From positions 576,001 through 640,000 of the forward strand of contig OY969554.1 of NCBI GenBank assembly GCA_963700985.1: 64,000 nucleotides of DNA, given 5' to 3'. Numbering within the stretch: position 1 is the first letter of the stretch; each line of letters opens with the position of its first letter. The translations under genes and the position numbers were made by a program. Positions 1 through 9,786 of the stretch are shown in pieces. This stretch comes from an uncultured Chlamydiales bacterium. Its GTDB lineage: Bacteria; Chlamydiota; Chlamydiia; Chlamydiales; Rhabdochlamydiaceae. The notes beneath the pieces are model-generated. The model did no database searches and was not told the origin of the DNA. It saw only the letters and a program-made list of their open reading frames with translations.

Positions 1-407
1 CTTGGAACATGCGCTTGGTATTAGGAATTGCTTCTGTGCTAGGAATCGTAGGCCCAATAGCCGCATTTGGCCTATTTTATCTTGGAGATCGCGTTTTCCA
101 CCTCGATCATAAACATCTTCAGCCCATGATGTATCTGATGCTATCTGTGGCTGGCCATCTGACCATCTTCCTTACCCGCACGCGTGGCCCATTCTGGTCC
201 ATCCCTCCGGCTCGGATCCTATGGATAGCCGTGTTATGCACACAAATCGCCGCGACGTTCATCGCAGTCTATGGATTTCTAATGCCGCCACTGGGCTGGA
301 AATGGGCAGGATTCGTATGGGGATACGCTTTGATATGGGCTCTTATAAGCGATTGGTTAAAATTGCTCGCTTATCGGATTTTTGATCCTATCAAGGCACC
401 TATCTAA
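1..407 (+). CDS. C-terminal part of a P-type IIIA (plasma-membrane type) H+-transporting ATPase; 5' end outside the window
   Basis: Four TM segments with YLMLSVAGHLTIFLTRTRGPFWS...TQIAATFIAVYG...LGWKWAGFVWGY, typical of the C-terminus of proton-efflux P-type ATPases; frame is open to the window edge. Confidence 0.8.
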   Translation, partial: WNMRLVLGIASVLGIVGPIAAFGLFYLGDRVFHLDHKHLQPMMYLMLSVAGHLTIFLTRTRGPFWSIPPARILWIAVLCTQIAATFIAVYGFLMPPLGWKWAGFVWGYALIWALISDWLKLLAYRIFDPIKAPI

Positions 408-487
408 AAATTATTTCTCGCAAAGGGCTTGCCGTCGCTTTGGAAAATGCTTTACAATTCATAAACTGAAAAATGATCTAACGAATG

Positions 488-518
488 TTTACAAATCCCC
501 TTGAGTGCGGTATATAAC
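488..518 (+). promoter_or_regulatory. Candidate sigma70-type promoter for zwf
   Basis: TTTACA-17 nt-TATATA (or TATAAC two bases later), just upstream of ATG 524. Confidence 0.45.
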
Positions 519-523
519 CAAAT

Positions 524-2053
524 ATGACAAACTCCTCTCATCCTCTTGAAGAACCAGGTGTTTCTAATCGCTTCATCGATCCGTGCATTGTAGTTATTTT
601 CGGTGCAACGGGCGATCTTACAGCACGTAAACTCATGCCTGCGCTGTATAATCTCACGCGTGAAGGTCAGCTTTCGCCGCAATTCGCCTGCGTTGGATTT
701 GCTAGAAGAAAGAAGACTCACGATGAGTTTCGAGAAGAGATGCGCACTGCGATCAGCAATTTTTCGCGTGTAAAGCCCATCGACGAAACGGTCTGGTCGA
801 CTTTCAAAGAACAGATCTTCTACCACGTCTCGGAATTCCATGAAGATGAAGGGTACGAGCGCTTGAAGGCGTTCTTAAATGAGCTCGATGGACGGTTGGG
901 CACCAAAGCCAACCGCATCTTCTACTTATCTACTCAACCAAGCTTCTTTACGACCATCGCAGACAAACTGCATAAAGCTGGGCTCATCTACGACGCTGAA
1001 ACCGTCACAGATAAATGGTCGCGCGTTATTATCGAAAAACCTTTTGGGCACGACTTAAACTCAGCCATTACCTTGCAAAAAGAGCTGATGCGCTTTATGA
1101 GCGAAAAGCAGGTCTTCCGTATAGACCACTATCTGGGCAAAGAGACCGTACAGAATATCTTAGTCTTCCGCTTCGCAAACTCGCTCTTTGAATCTCTCTG
1201 GAATAATCGCTACATCGACCACGTGCAGATCACAGTGGCCGAAGACATCGGCATCGGCACGCGCGGGGCTTTTTGGGAAGAAGCAGGGCTAATTCGCGAC
1301 ATCGTGCAAAACCATGTGATGCAGCTGCTCTGTTTAGTCGCCATGGAACCGCCAGTTAGCTTAGCTGAAGATGCCATCCATGACGAAAAGGTCAAGGTCT
1401 TAGAAGCTATCCGCCCCATCACAGAAGATTCTGTGGTCAGAGGACAATATGGCCCAGGTTTTGTAGATGGAGAAGAGGTCGTTGGGTATCGACAAGAGAA
1501 GAATGTGAGCCCAACCTCTTCAGTTGAAACTTTTGCTGCACTGCGCCTTTTCATCGATAATTGGCGCTGGTCAGATGTGCCCTTTTACTTGCGTGCAGGC
1601 AAACGCCTGCCGAAGCGCGGAACTGAGATTGCGATCACGTTCAAGCATCCGCCCGGCGTGCTCTTTCAGCAAGCTGGGAAACCAAACGATCCTAACGTGC
1701 TCGCCATCCGTATCCAACCAGATGAAGGCACCTCGTTGAAAATCAATTGTAAAGTTCCGGGTCCAAAAAGCCTCATTCAACCAGTCAAAATGGACTTTCT
1801 GTATGGTTCTTATTTCGGCATGGCCCCTCCTGAGGCCTATGAGAGGCTCATCTGCGACTGCATTTTAGGCGACCGCACTCTTTTTGCACGCCAAGATGAG
1901 GTTTTGAATTCCTGGAAATTGATCACTCCAATCCTTGAGGCTTGGGCAAAAGCTAAGCCGCAAGATTTCCCCAATTATAAATCAGGGAGCTGGGGCCCTG
2001 CTGCTGCCGATAAAATGATGGACCAAGATAACCGCAAATGGAGACTGATTTAA
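524..2053 (+). CDS. zwf: Glucose-6-phosphate 1-dehydrogenase
   Basis: GATGDL NADP-binding motif, EKPFG, RIDHYLGKETVQN, AYERLI. Confidence 0.98.
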   Translation: MTNSSHPLEEPGVSNRFIDPCIVVIFGATGDLTARKLMPALYNLTREGQLSPQFACVGFARRKKTHDEFREEMRTAISNFSRVKPIDETVWSTFKEQIFYHVSEFHEDEGYERLKAFLNELDGRLGTKANRIFYLSTQPSFFTTIADKLHKAGLIYDAETVTDKWSRVIIEKPFGHDLNSAITLQKELMRFMSEKQVFRIDHYLGKETVQNILVFRFANSLFESLWNNRYIDHVQITVAEDIGIGTRGAFWEEAGLIRDIVQNHVMQLLCLVAMEPPVSLAEDAIHDEKVKVLEAIRPITEDSVVRGQYGPGFVDGEEVVGYRQEKNVSPTSSVETFAALRLFIDNWRWSDVPFYLRAGKRLPKRGTEIAITFKHPPGVLFQQAGKPNDPNVLAIRIQPDEGTSLKINCKVPGPKSLIQPVKMDFLYGSYFGMAPPEAYERLICDCILGDRTLFARQDEVLNSWKLITPILEAWAKAKPQDFPNYKSGSWGPAAADKMMDQDNRKWRLI

Positions 2054-3151
2054 ATGAGCAGTGTACTCACAGTCAAGCCTTCTGAAATCCACTCTGCCTT
2101 AAAACGCATCTGGGATGAGCTGGAAGGCACGAATAAGATGCGCGCTTGCCTATTCAATCTTATCTTTTATTCCGAAACTGGCCCCCGCGCAGATTACATC
2201 CGCAAAATCGCTCAAAAAGTCGTAGCGCAATTTCCTTCACGCGTGATCTTTATCCTTGCCAATCCACAAGCACAAAAAGATGAGCTCACCACGAAAGTCT
2301 CTGTGCTCTCAACTGTTACTGGTGAATATGAAGTCGCTTGTGATCTGATTGAGCTAGAAGTTTCCGGGTCAATGCGCGCTCGCGTACCATACATCATTCT
2401 GCCACACATTTTGCCCGATCTTCCTCTCTGTTTTATTTGGGGTGAAGATCCCACATCTGAAGATCCGATCTTTGTAGAGCTACGTAAATTCGCCACGCGT
2501 TTAATCTTTGATTCTGAATCTGCGCCCTCACTTCCACCTTTTGCCAAAGCGCTCTTATTCGAGCACAACCTGGCACATAGCGAAGTCTCCGATCTTAATT
2601 GGGCTCGAACAGAGAACTGGCGCGATGTCTTCTCAACGGCTTTTTATGCATCTGACAAGCTCGAGCATCTCAAAAATGCAACAGAGATCAAAATCGCTTA
2701 TAACACCTCCTCAACCGCATTTTTCTGCCGCACAAATATTCAAGCACTCTACTTCCAAACTTGGATAGCTGCCCAGCTCAATTGGAAGATGAAAAGCACA
2801 AAAAAAGAGAAGGACGGGCTGACTTTCGTCTACGAAAAAGAAAATGGTACAGTATCTGTTATACTTACGACCATTCAGCAGCCTACGTTAGCTCCGGGCA
2901 TGATTTTTTCAATCGATTTATCTATCTCTAATGGTTGTCACTATAACTTTGCTTGCCATCTCGATCAGCCACATAAAATTACACAGACGTTTTCAACCGA
3001 TCAACTTTGCGAGCTACCCTCACAATTTCTCTTTCCAAAAGGTGAAAAGGGGCAATCGCTGGTTAAAGAGATCTGCCAGCACGGCACAAGCGCTCACTAC
3101 TTAAAAGTGCTCGAACGCATCGCTCAGATGAATGAAGCTAATATATGTTAA
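2054..3151 (+). CDS. opcA: G6PD assembly/allosteric protein OpcA
   Basis: RACLFNLI, PSRVI, LPDLP, RLIFDS, DLNWARTENWR; lies between zwf and pgl. Confidence 0.85.
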   Translation: MSSVLTVKPSEIHSALKRIWDELEGTNKMRACLFNLIFYSETGPRADYIRKIAQKVVAQFPSRVIFILANPQAQKDELTTKVSVLSTVTGEYEVACDLIELEVSGSMRARVPYIILPHILPDLPLCFIWGEDPTSEDPIFVELRKFATRLIFDSESAPSLPPFAKALLFEHNLAHSEVSDLNWARTENWRDVFSTAFYASDKLEHLKNATEIKIAYNTSSTAFFCRTNIQALYFQTWIAAQLNWKMKSTKKEKDGLTFVYEKENGTVSVILTTIQQPTLAPGMIFSIDLSISNGCHYNFACHLDQPHKITQTFSTDQLCELPSQFLFPKGEKGQSLVKEICQHGTSAHYLKVLERIAQMNEANIC

Positions 3152-3909
3152 CACCTAAGGCGCCTAGCAAATGGGATGAGCGTCGTAAGCTCGTTGTTCC
3201 TGGCGATTATGCCCACACATTAGCCTTCTGCGTAAATCACTGGCTCTCGATGGCTGAAGCCTCAATTAAGGCACACGGAAGCTTTGCAGTAGCCCTTTCC
3301 GGTGGTTCAACCCCCAAAGCGATCTTTGAAAATCTAGCCCTTTCACAAAATGCTCAGCGCATCGACTGGTCTAAAGTTCTCCTTTTTTGGAGCGATGAGC
3401 GCACAGTTGGACCAGATCATCCCGATAGCAACTACCACATGGCTATGGAATCAGGGTTTAGCAAGCTGCCAATTCCCAAAACACAGATCTTCCGCATGCA
3501 GGCAGAAACCGATCTTGAAACGAACGCTAAGAAATATGAAGAGACCATTCAAAAAGTGCTTAAAGGGCGTCCTTTTGACCTGATCATGCTGGGCATGGGC
3601 GACGATGGTCATACCGCCTCTCTTTTCCCTAACACAGCTGGCTTAAAGGTCAAAGATCGCCTGATCATCGCCAATGAAATTCCGCAGAAAAAGACCTGGC
3701 GCATGAGCATGACATTTACCTGCATCAATCAGGCAACTAATGTCGCGCTCTATGTTTTAGGCGCTTCTAAAAAGCAGATGCTAGCTGAAGTTTTGCTCTC
3801 AAAAGAAGATATAGAAAAACTCCCCTCTCAGGGCGTCGGCACAAAAGCACATCCCGCTTTATGGATCGCCGACGATGCCGCCGCCGAGCTCCTCCTCCAA
3901 TCTAAGTAA
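3145..3909 (+). CDS. pgl: 6-phosphogluconolactonase
   Basis: ALSGGSTPK, FWSDER, SNY, LGMGDDGHTASLFP. Confidence 0.96.
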   Translation: MLTPKAPSKWDERRKLVVPGDYAHTLAFCVNHWLSMAEASIKAHGSFAVALSGGSTPKAIFENLALSQNAQRIDWSKVLLFWSDERTVGPDHPDSNYHMAMESGFSKLPIPKTQIFRMQAETDLETNAKKYEETIQKVLKGRPFDLIMLGMGDDGHTASLFPNTAGLKVKDRLIIANEIPQKKTWRMSMTFTCINQATNVALYVLGASKKQMLAEVLLSKEDIEKLPSQGVGTKAHPALWIADDAAAELLLQSK

Positions 3910-3934
3910 CAGTTTAGCGAGATTATAAGTAGAA

Positions 3935-4023
3935 ACAGGATATGTAGGATCAGGCAGGATATGAAAGATAGAAGAGAGAAAATATCCTGCGTATCCTGCC
4001 GCTTGCTATCCTGCACATCCTGT
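3935..4023. repeat. Palindromic CAGGAT/ATCCTG intergenic repeat, copy 1
   Basis: Four CAGGAT-like units followed by four ATCCTG units, ending ATCCTGTAAA, between convergent pgl and terC. Confidence 0.8.
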
Positions 4024-4050
4024 AAATGTTTTTAAAATAAAAATCTTAAT

Positions 4051-4962
4051 TCAGGCGCGGCGGGGTTTCGACAAGGAATAGAGCGTAGAGATAGCTAGAA
4101 CTGTCACGATTACGGAGAGCGTAACTAGCAAGGGGATTCTGTAGTATGGTGCCAGCAGCATCTCTCCTCCAACAAATAACAAAATTGCCGAGAGCCCTAC
4201 CTTCAGATAGCGGAAGCGATCCATGAAGGCATCGAGCACAAAATGGATCGAACGCAATCCCAAAATTGCAAAGACGTTCGACGTATAAACGATAAATGGA
4301 TCGGTAGTAATCGCAAAGATTGCCGGAATCGAATCGATTGCAAAGATGATATCTGTAGTTTCAACCACCAGTAGCGCGAGAAATAAGGGCGTGAGATAGA
4401 GAATCCCTTTTTGCCTCACAAAGAATTTGCTCCCGTGCAGCTCTTCTGTCACAGGGAAAAACTTCTGAAACCATTTAATTAAAAAGCTTCGTCTAGGCTT
4501 CGCATCTTTATCTCTTTGCATAAACATACGAATCGCTGTTGCACAGAGTAGAACACCAAAGATGTAGGTCATCCAGCTGAAGTTTTGAAGAAGCTCGATG
4601 CCGCCTAAAATAAATGCAATGCGCATCAGGAGCGCACCGAAAATACCAAAAAAGAGAACCTTATGTTGGTAACTCTTGGGTATTTTGAAAGCTGCAAAGA
4701 TCACGATAAACACGAAGAGGTTGTCTACACTCAGAGACTTCTCAACCAGATAACCGGTGAAAAATTGCAGAGCAGCTTCTTTACCTTGATAAAAGTAGAT
4801 AAACAGGTTGAACGAGAGCGAAAGTAGAATCCAGAAAAGGATCCAGAGAAGCCCCTCGCGCATGGTCACCACGCGTGTACGGCGGCGCCAAATACACAAA
4901 TCTAGCACCAAAAGAGCCAGGATCAGCACGTGAAAGCCGATCCAAATAAATAGTTTATCCAT
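4051..4962 (-). CDS. TerC/Alx family integral membrane protein (metal homeostasis)
   Basis: GYLVEKSLSVDNLFVF, ETTDIIFAIDSIPAI, YTSNVFAILGLRS. Confidence 0.93.
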   Translation of the reverse strand: MDKLFIWIGFHVLILALLVLDLCIWRRRTRVVTMREGLLWILFWILLSLSFNLFIYFYQGKEAALQFFTGYLVEKSLSVDNLFVFIVIFAAFKIPKSYQHKVLFFGIFGALLMRIAFILGGIELLQNFSWMTYIFGVLLCATAIRMFMQRDKDAKPRRSFLIKWFQKFFPVTEELHGSKFFVRQKGILYLTPLFLALLVVETTDIIFAIDSIPAIFAITTDPFIVYTSNVFAILGLRSIHFVLDAFMDRFRYLKVGLSAILLFVGGEMLLAPYYRIPLLVTLSVIVTVLAISTLYSLSKPRRA

Positions 4963-5123
4963 ATTTCTACAGGAAACCCGCCCTTCTTTTAGTCGTCAAC
5001 AAGATTGTTAATACATATTTTTTTAAAACATCGACCCTCCCCAGCGAATGCATATAGAAATTTATTTACATAATTAACAAAAGCTAATTGTGTTATAACT
5101 TTTAGAAAAAACAGGAGATTTAT

Positions 5124-6089
5124 ATATCTACACCAACATCTTTAAATCCGCCAACTGACGGGCTTTTTTCGGCATCAGCGCCCTATGAAACGCCTCATGA
5201 AACGATTCTATTCCACCCTATTCCTTTTGAAGGGACTATTCCTTCAGGATTAAGCAATGTGCCTTCGAATTTGGTTGCTGATGAAGCGACATACTACGGG
5301 CCAGCTTTAACACCAGAAGAGATCGCTGACCAACAAGAGCAAATGATTCAGAGCATGGTGGATACAGTCCTAAACAATGAGCGCTTTTTTGAGTGTTTAG
5401 ACGGCATTCTTCCAAAAGGTGTGATCGACTTCTTAGAAAGTTGTGCTAAAGCTGTCCAATCCTGCTTCCACTCGATCAAAAAATGCTTGTTTGGTCCAGA
5501 AGTAGATGAGCTGCAAGATGGTTCTGAAGCTGGAACAGACGATGAGCTCGATGATGTCCCATTTGGAAATGTACAGGCAATTGCGGCAGATCCGGCCCCT
5601 AAGCTGTCCCTTGGGCAGATCCGCATTCTAATTCAAAGCGCGTTTAATAATGAAAAGGATAAGTGGAAAAGATATTCTAAGCTAGATGCGGACTCCCCTG
5701 CAACATTTGAAGCTTTTCATACGAAAGTGGCCGTGATCGCACTAGATGAAAAAACACCGGGCAGCAAAATAATTAGTCAATTTGAATACACAAAGGCAAA
5801 TCGCGACGCATTTTGTGCTGATATGGATGGCGTAGTTGAGAAAATTTTTCAGAAGGCGAGCGAACTTTCTGACCTCAGCACATTCTCTGTTCGCATGGCA
5901 AGCAACGATCTAAGGGAACTAACTGCTGAAACGCAAATCATGTATGCCAAAGAGTACATGAGTAAGGACTTTGAAGATTTTAATTATTTTCCTCATGATA
6001 TGTGGACACAGCTTATAAAAAATCCTAGCCCAATCACGCAAGAGCTTCTAACCATCCTCGGTGTACGTTATGCGCGTTCTAGGGATTGA
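5124..6089 (+). CDS. Hypothetical acidic effector-like protein; probable start is ATA at 5124 (ORF track starts at GTG 5259)
   Basis: Frame is open from 5106; AGGAG at 5113-5117 lies 6 nt before ATA-TCT-ACA-CCA; S/T/P-rich N-terminus and a Cys-containing helix (FLESCAKAVQSCFHSIKKCLFG). Confidence 0.65.
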   Translation: MSTPTSLNPPTDGLFSASAPYETPHETILFHPIPFEGTIPSGLSNVPSNLVADEATYYGPALTPEEIADQQEQMIQSMVDTVLNNERFFECLDGILPKGVIDFLESCAKAVQSCFHSIKKCLFGPEVDELQDGSEAGTDDELDDVPFGNVQAIAADPAPKLSLGQIRILIQSAFNNEKDKWKRYSKLDADSPATFEAFHTKVAVIALDEKTPGSKIISQFEYTKANRDAFCADMDGVVEKIFQKASELSDLSTFSVRMASNDLRELTAETQIMYAKEYMSKDFEDFNYFPHDMWTQLIKNPSPITQELLTILGVRYARSRD

Positions 6090-7089
6090 GACAACCTGTG
6101 ATGAGACAGCTTGCGCCATTGTCGAAGATGGCCATAAGATCCTCGCGCATCAGATCTATTCCCAAGATGAGCTGCATCGTCCTTTCAAAGGTGTCTTTCC
6201 TGAGCTAGCTTCCAGGCGGCACTTTGATGTTCTTAAACTCATTCTCGAAGAGACGCTGAAAGCAGCGAATCTAACCTCCGATGCTATCGACTTGATCGCA
6301 GTGGCCAAAGGGCCCGGGCTAATCGGCGCTCTATTGGTCGGCCTAAATGCTGCCAAAACACTCTCTATGGCCTGGAATATCCCCTACATTGGGGTCAATC
6401 ATGTGGAAGCCCACCTATATGCGGCCATGATGGGAAGAGAGGAGCTGTTCTTTCCGGCCTTAGGCGTGGTGATCTCAGGCGGGCACACCTTTTTAGTGAA
6501 GATAGAAGATGTGGGCGCATATAAGCTAATCGGCACTACGCAGGATGATGCAATTGGTGAAGCCTTCGATAAGGTTGCGACGCTGATTGGGCTACCCTAT
6601 CCAGGAGGCCCAGCCATTGAAAAGCTAGCGCTACAAGGAGATCGCACGCGTTATCCTTTTAAAAGCGGAAGAGTCAAGGAAAGCGAGTGGGATTTCTCAT
6701 TTAGCGGCCTTAAGACTTCCGTGCTCTATGCAGTTAAAGGTCCCAATTCAAACAAAGAATCCCCTCTTATCATCGCCGAAGAGCAAAAACCGCATATTGC
6801 GGCTTCCTTTCAAGAGGTGGCGCTAGGTGATATCGTACAGAAATCTGTGGCAGCCGCCCGAGAGTTTGGCTGCAGAGCAATTTATCTGGGTGGCGGGGTG
6901 AGCAATAACCAACGCTTGCGTGAGATGTATGCTGAAAAGAACTTAGATCTGCCGATCTTCTGGCCGCCGGCGGGCTTGAGCTTAGATAATGGAGCGATGA
7001 TTGCAGGCTTAGGCTATCACACCTTTAAGCAAAAAGGCTGCGGCGATGCCCTCGACCTCGAACCGCAGCCGCGTATCCCCTTGAATTAA
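6070..7089 (+). CDS. tsaD: tRNA t6A37 threonylcarbamoyltransferase TsaD
   Basis: MRVLGIETTCDET, GPGL, VNHVEAH, SGGHT, DDAIGEAFDK, DNGAMIA. Confidence 0.97.
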   Translation: MRVLGIETTCDETACAIVEDGHKILAHQIYSQDELHRPFKGVFPELASRRHFDVLKLILEETLKAANLTSDAIDLIAVAKGPGLIGALLVGLNAAKTLSMAWNIPYIGVNHVEAHLYAAMMGREELFFPALGVVISGGHTFLVKIEDVGAYKLIGTTQDDAIGEAFDKVATLIGLPYPGGPAIEKLALQGDRTRYPFKSGRVKESEWDFSFSGLKTSVLYAVKGPNSNKESPLIIAEEQKPHIAASFQEVALGDIVQKSVAAAREFGCRAIYLGGGVSNNQRLREMYAEKNLDLPIFWPPAGLSLDNGAMIAGLGYHTFKQKGCGDALDLEPQPRIPLN

Positions 7090-7700
7090 CTTTCCTCATC
7101 TAAAGAATACTTGCTTGCAAATCGAGGGTTTTCCTTTGGAGTCTGAATGGCAGGCTTTTTCTCCTCAGCTGGCACATACTTATTAGAAAACCGCGAGCCA
7201 TCGCGCTTTTGCACTTTAGTAACCGGCTTATGCTTCGCTTTAACTTGGCCTGCCTGTGGTTCTGCGCGGGCTGTTTGCTTAGCTTGTGGAATTGGAGCTT
7301 GGACAGTCTGTGACGGCTTAGTTTTCAACCCGGGCCGAGGCTGAGTGGGCTTTATGCTTGGAGTAGAGCCTTTTGGCGTAGCTTGAGCTTTGCGTTTATC
7401 GTGGTTCTTTTGTTTCTTCTGTTTCTCTTTTTCCTTCTCGCGCCGTTGTCTTTCCTTCTCTTTCTCTTTTTTCGCTTTTTCCTTGTCTTTCTGCTTCTGC
7501 TTATCCGACTTTTTCGAAGCAGCTATTTCACCCGCCGCTATCTCGGACATCTCTTCTTCTTCGTAAACAGGCTCTGCCACGGGAGCACTAGCGTGAGCCG
7601 TTTTAGGTTGAAAGTAAGGAATCTGATCTAGATCAAACTCTTCGCTTTCAGCATGAGCCAGCAGAGGAACTAGAGAAATCAGCAAATAGTACCACTTCAT
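7086..7700 (-). CDS. Secreted low-complexity Lys/Glu/Pro-rich hypothetical protein
   Basis: Signal peptide (MKWYYLLISLVPLLAHA), GGAG SD, acidic block then KE-rich coiled coil and Pro/Lys tail. Confidence 0.7.
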   Translation of the reverse strand: MKWYYLLISLVPLLAHAESEEFDLDQIPYFQPKTAHASAPVAEPVYEEEEMSEIAAGEIAASKKSDKQKQKDKEKAKKEKEKERQRREKEKEKQKKQKNHDKRKAQATPKGSTPSIKPTQPRPGLKTKPSQTVQAPIPQAKQTARAEPQAGQVKAKHKPVTKVQKRDGSRFSNKYVPAEEKKPAIQTPKENPRFASKYSLDEES

Positions 7701-7821
7701 AAAAACTCCATCTTTTAACTCACCTTACAACATAAACAATTATTTTTAAACCCTTCTTGTATTAATCATGCACATAGACACCTGCTACTAGTTATAGAGT
7801 ATTTGAAGTTGTGAGAAGATA

Positions 7822-7935
7822 TCAGGATACGCAAGATCGCCGTATGACACGGCGTAAAGATAGGTAGGATGAGAGAGGAGATATCCTATCTTGCATATCC
7901 TCTCGCCGCAGATGCGGCGATCCTTCATATCTTGT
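7822..7935. repeat. Palindromic CAGGAT/ATCCTG intergenic repeat, copy 2
   Basis: 4+4 unit architecture with inserted hairpins CGCCGT-ATGAC-ACGGCG and TCGCCGCA-GA-TGCGGCGA; ends ATCTTGTAAT. Confidence 0.75.
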
Positions 7936-8008
7936 AATTTTTTTCTGCTAGGGACGCTAACACAATATCTTGAGATTGGTCAAAATTATTTTTTTATGTT
8001 ATTCATAC

Positions 8009-8037
8009 TTGTCCTTTTTCTCGAGCTGACATACAAT
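8009..8037 (+). promoter_or_regulatory. Candidate sigma70-type promoter for rpmG
   Basis: TTGTCC-17 nt-TACAAT upstream of GAGGTG SD. Confidence 0.55.
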
Positions 8038-8060
8038 TTCTAGAAAATTTGAGGTGAATT

Positions 8061-8219
8061 ATGGCTAAAGGCGGACGCGAACCGATTAAACTGAAAAGCA
8101 CAGAAAGCACAGATGTCTATTGGACAACTAAAAATAAGCGCAATACTACTGAGCGAATTGAGCGAAAAAAGTATGACAAGAAGCTCAAGCGTCATGTGAT
8201 CTTCAAAGAAGCGAAGTAG
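8061..8219 (+). CDS. rpmG: 50S ribosomal protein L33, Cys-free form (absent from ORF track)
   Basis: Manual translation [60 protein letters not shown]. Confidence 0.97.
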   Translation: MAKGGREPIKLKSTESTDVYWTTKNKRNTTERIERKKYDKKLKRHVIFKEAK

Positions 8220-8232
8220 AGCCCACTTAAGA

Positions 8233-9786
8233 TTGTTTGAACTCTCAGTTGCGCGTAAATATCTCATTCCCAGAAGAAAGCAGCTCTCAGCCTCGCTGAT
8301 CGCGCTGCTTTCTGTCTTTGTAATCTCTCTCGTCGTATGGCTGCTCTTAGTGTTTTTATCTGTCATGGACGGCATTGAACGCCGATGGATGGATAAACTC
8401 ACCGCACTTCACGCGCCTTTGCGTATCACACCTACCCCCGCTTATTATGCTTCCTACTACCATCAGATCGATGGCTTAAGCGCAGCTTCGGGCTTTGCGC
8501 TAAAAACGATTGGAGAGAAAGCTAAAGCGCCGCTTTCTGATCCCTATGCTCCGGATGAAGATCAAGAGCTTCCTACCAATATCCCCACGCGTGACCTACT
8601 TAAAAATGGCTCTCTGAAAGATCCGGTTAAACTCGCCTTTGGGGCTCTGGAAAAACTCAAACAGGCGCGTTCCGACCTGGTTTTTCAAGATTTTGAAATG
8701 AGCGGCGGCCTGCTTCGTTTAGAGATGATTCGGCCTGATGAAGTACGCAAAAATGAGCGTACACACTCCCATCTCACTCAAGTCTCTTACTTGGCCTCTT
8801 TTCCTGAAAAAAACCCCTTTCTGAGCAATCTGCTGCTCTCTCCGTCGAAGGCAGATCTTAACCAACTTCAATTTTTACGCGATCCTCAGTTAAAACATTA
8901 CGATCAAGCCGCGCGCGCGCTGCCTTCACATCCGCGCTTGGGCTCGGGCATTCTGCTGCCTAAAAGCTTTCAAGATAATGGCGTGCTGATTGGCGATCGT
9001 GGATACGTTTCGTATGCCGCATCTACGACGAGCTCAGTGCAAGAGCAGCGCCTGCCGATCTACATATCTGGCTTCTATGATCCTGGCTTAATGGCCGTTG
9101 GCAATCGCTGTATGTTGGCGCCCTCTTCAGTTGTGCGCGCAATCCACTTCTCTCAAGGTGCTTATACTCTAGACCGTTCACAATCCAATGGGATTCAAGT
9201 TTGGCTTAACGATAGCAGTGAAGCGGGTGCTGTAAAAAAAGAGCTCCAAACTGCCTTTCAAGAAGCTGGCATCGAGCGCTATTGGAAAATTACGACCTTT
9301 CGCGAATATGACTTTGCAAAAGAGCTACTCCAACAATTTCAGAGCGACAAGTATCTCTTCACGCTTATTGGTGCCATTATTCTAGTAGTTGCCTGCTGCA
9401 ACATTATCTCCCTGCTTGTGCTGCTGGTTAATGACAAAAAGCGCGAAATTGGCATTCTTCAAGCGATGGGAGCAAGCGGACGCAGCATTGCAGGCATTTT
9501 TGCCCTGTGTGGCGGCGCGCTCGGCACGCTTAGCTGCCTGGTGGGAACGCTTGCGGCGGTATTTACTCTGCAGCACATAGATGCGCTTGTGCAACTCCTA
9601 AGCTTTTTACAAGGCCATGAAGCCTTTAGCGCGACCTTTTACGGCAAGACACTGCCTCATACGCTGAGCTCGCACGCCCTGCTTTTTGTGCTCATCGCCA
9701 CTCCGCTGATCTCGCTGCTCGCAGGGCTAGTTCCAGCCATCAAAGCCAGCCGCTTAAGACCATCTGAAATTTTGAGGGCCGAATGA
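8233..9786 (+). CDS. LolC/LolE (FtsX-like) lipoprotein-releasing ABC permease
   Basis: N-terminal TM then SVMDG, large periplasmic domain, KKREIGILQAMGAS, PAIKASRLRPSEILR; followed by lolD. Confidence 0.88.
   Translation: MFELSVARKYLIPRRKQLSASLIALLSVFVISLVVWLLLVFLSVMDGIERRWMDKLTALHAPLRITPTPAYYASYYHQIDGLSAASGFALKTIGEKAKAPLSDPYAPDEDQELPTNIPTRDLLKNGSLKDPVKLAFGALEKLKQARSDLVFQDFEMSGGLLRLEMIRPDEVRKNERTHSHLTQVSYLASFPEKNPFLSNLLLSPSKADLNQLQFLRDPQLKHYDQAARALPSHPRLGSGILLPKSFQDNGVLIGDRGYVSYAASTTSSVQEQRLPIYISGFYDPGLMAVGNRCMLAPSSVVRAIHFSQGAYTLDRSQSNGIQVWLNDSSEAGAVKKELQTAFQEAGIERYWKITTFREYDFAKELLQQFQSDKYLFTLIGAIILVVACCNIISLLVLLVNDKKREIGILQAMGASGRSIAGIFALCGGALGTLSCLVGTLAAVFTLQHIDALVQLLSFLQGHEAFSATFYGKTLPHTLSSHALLFVLIATPLISLLAGLVPAIKASRLRPSEILRAE

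Noticed and set aside
4963-5060. yybP-ykoY riboswitch upstream of the TerC/Alx gene
   Set aside because: Only a GGGGAG match on the minus strand; the other conserved elements and stems are not evident
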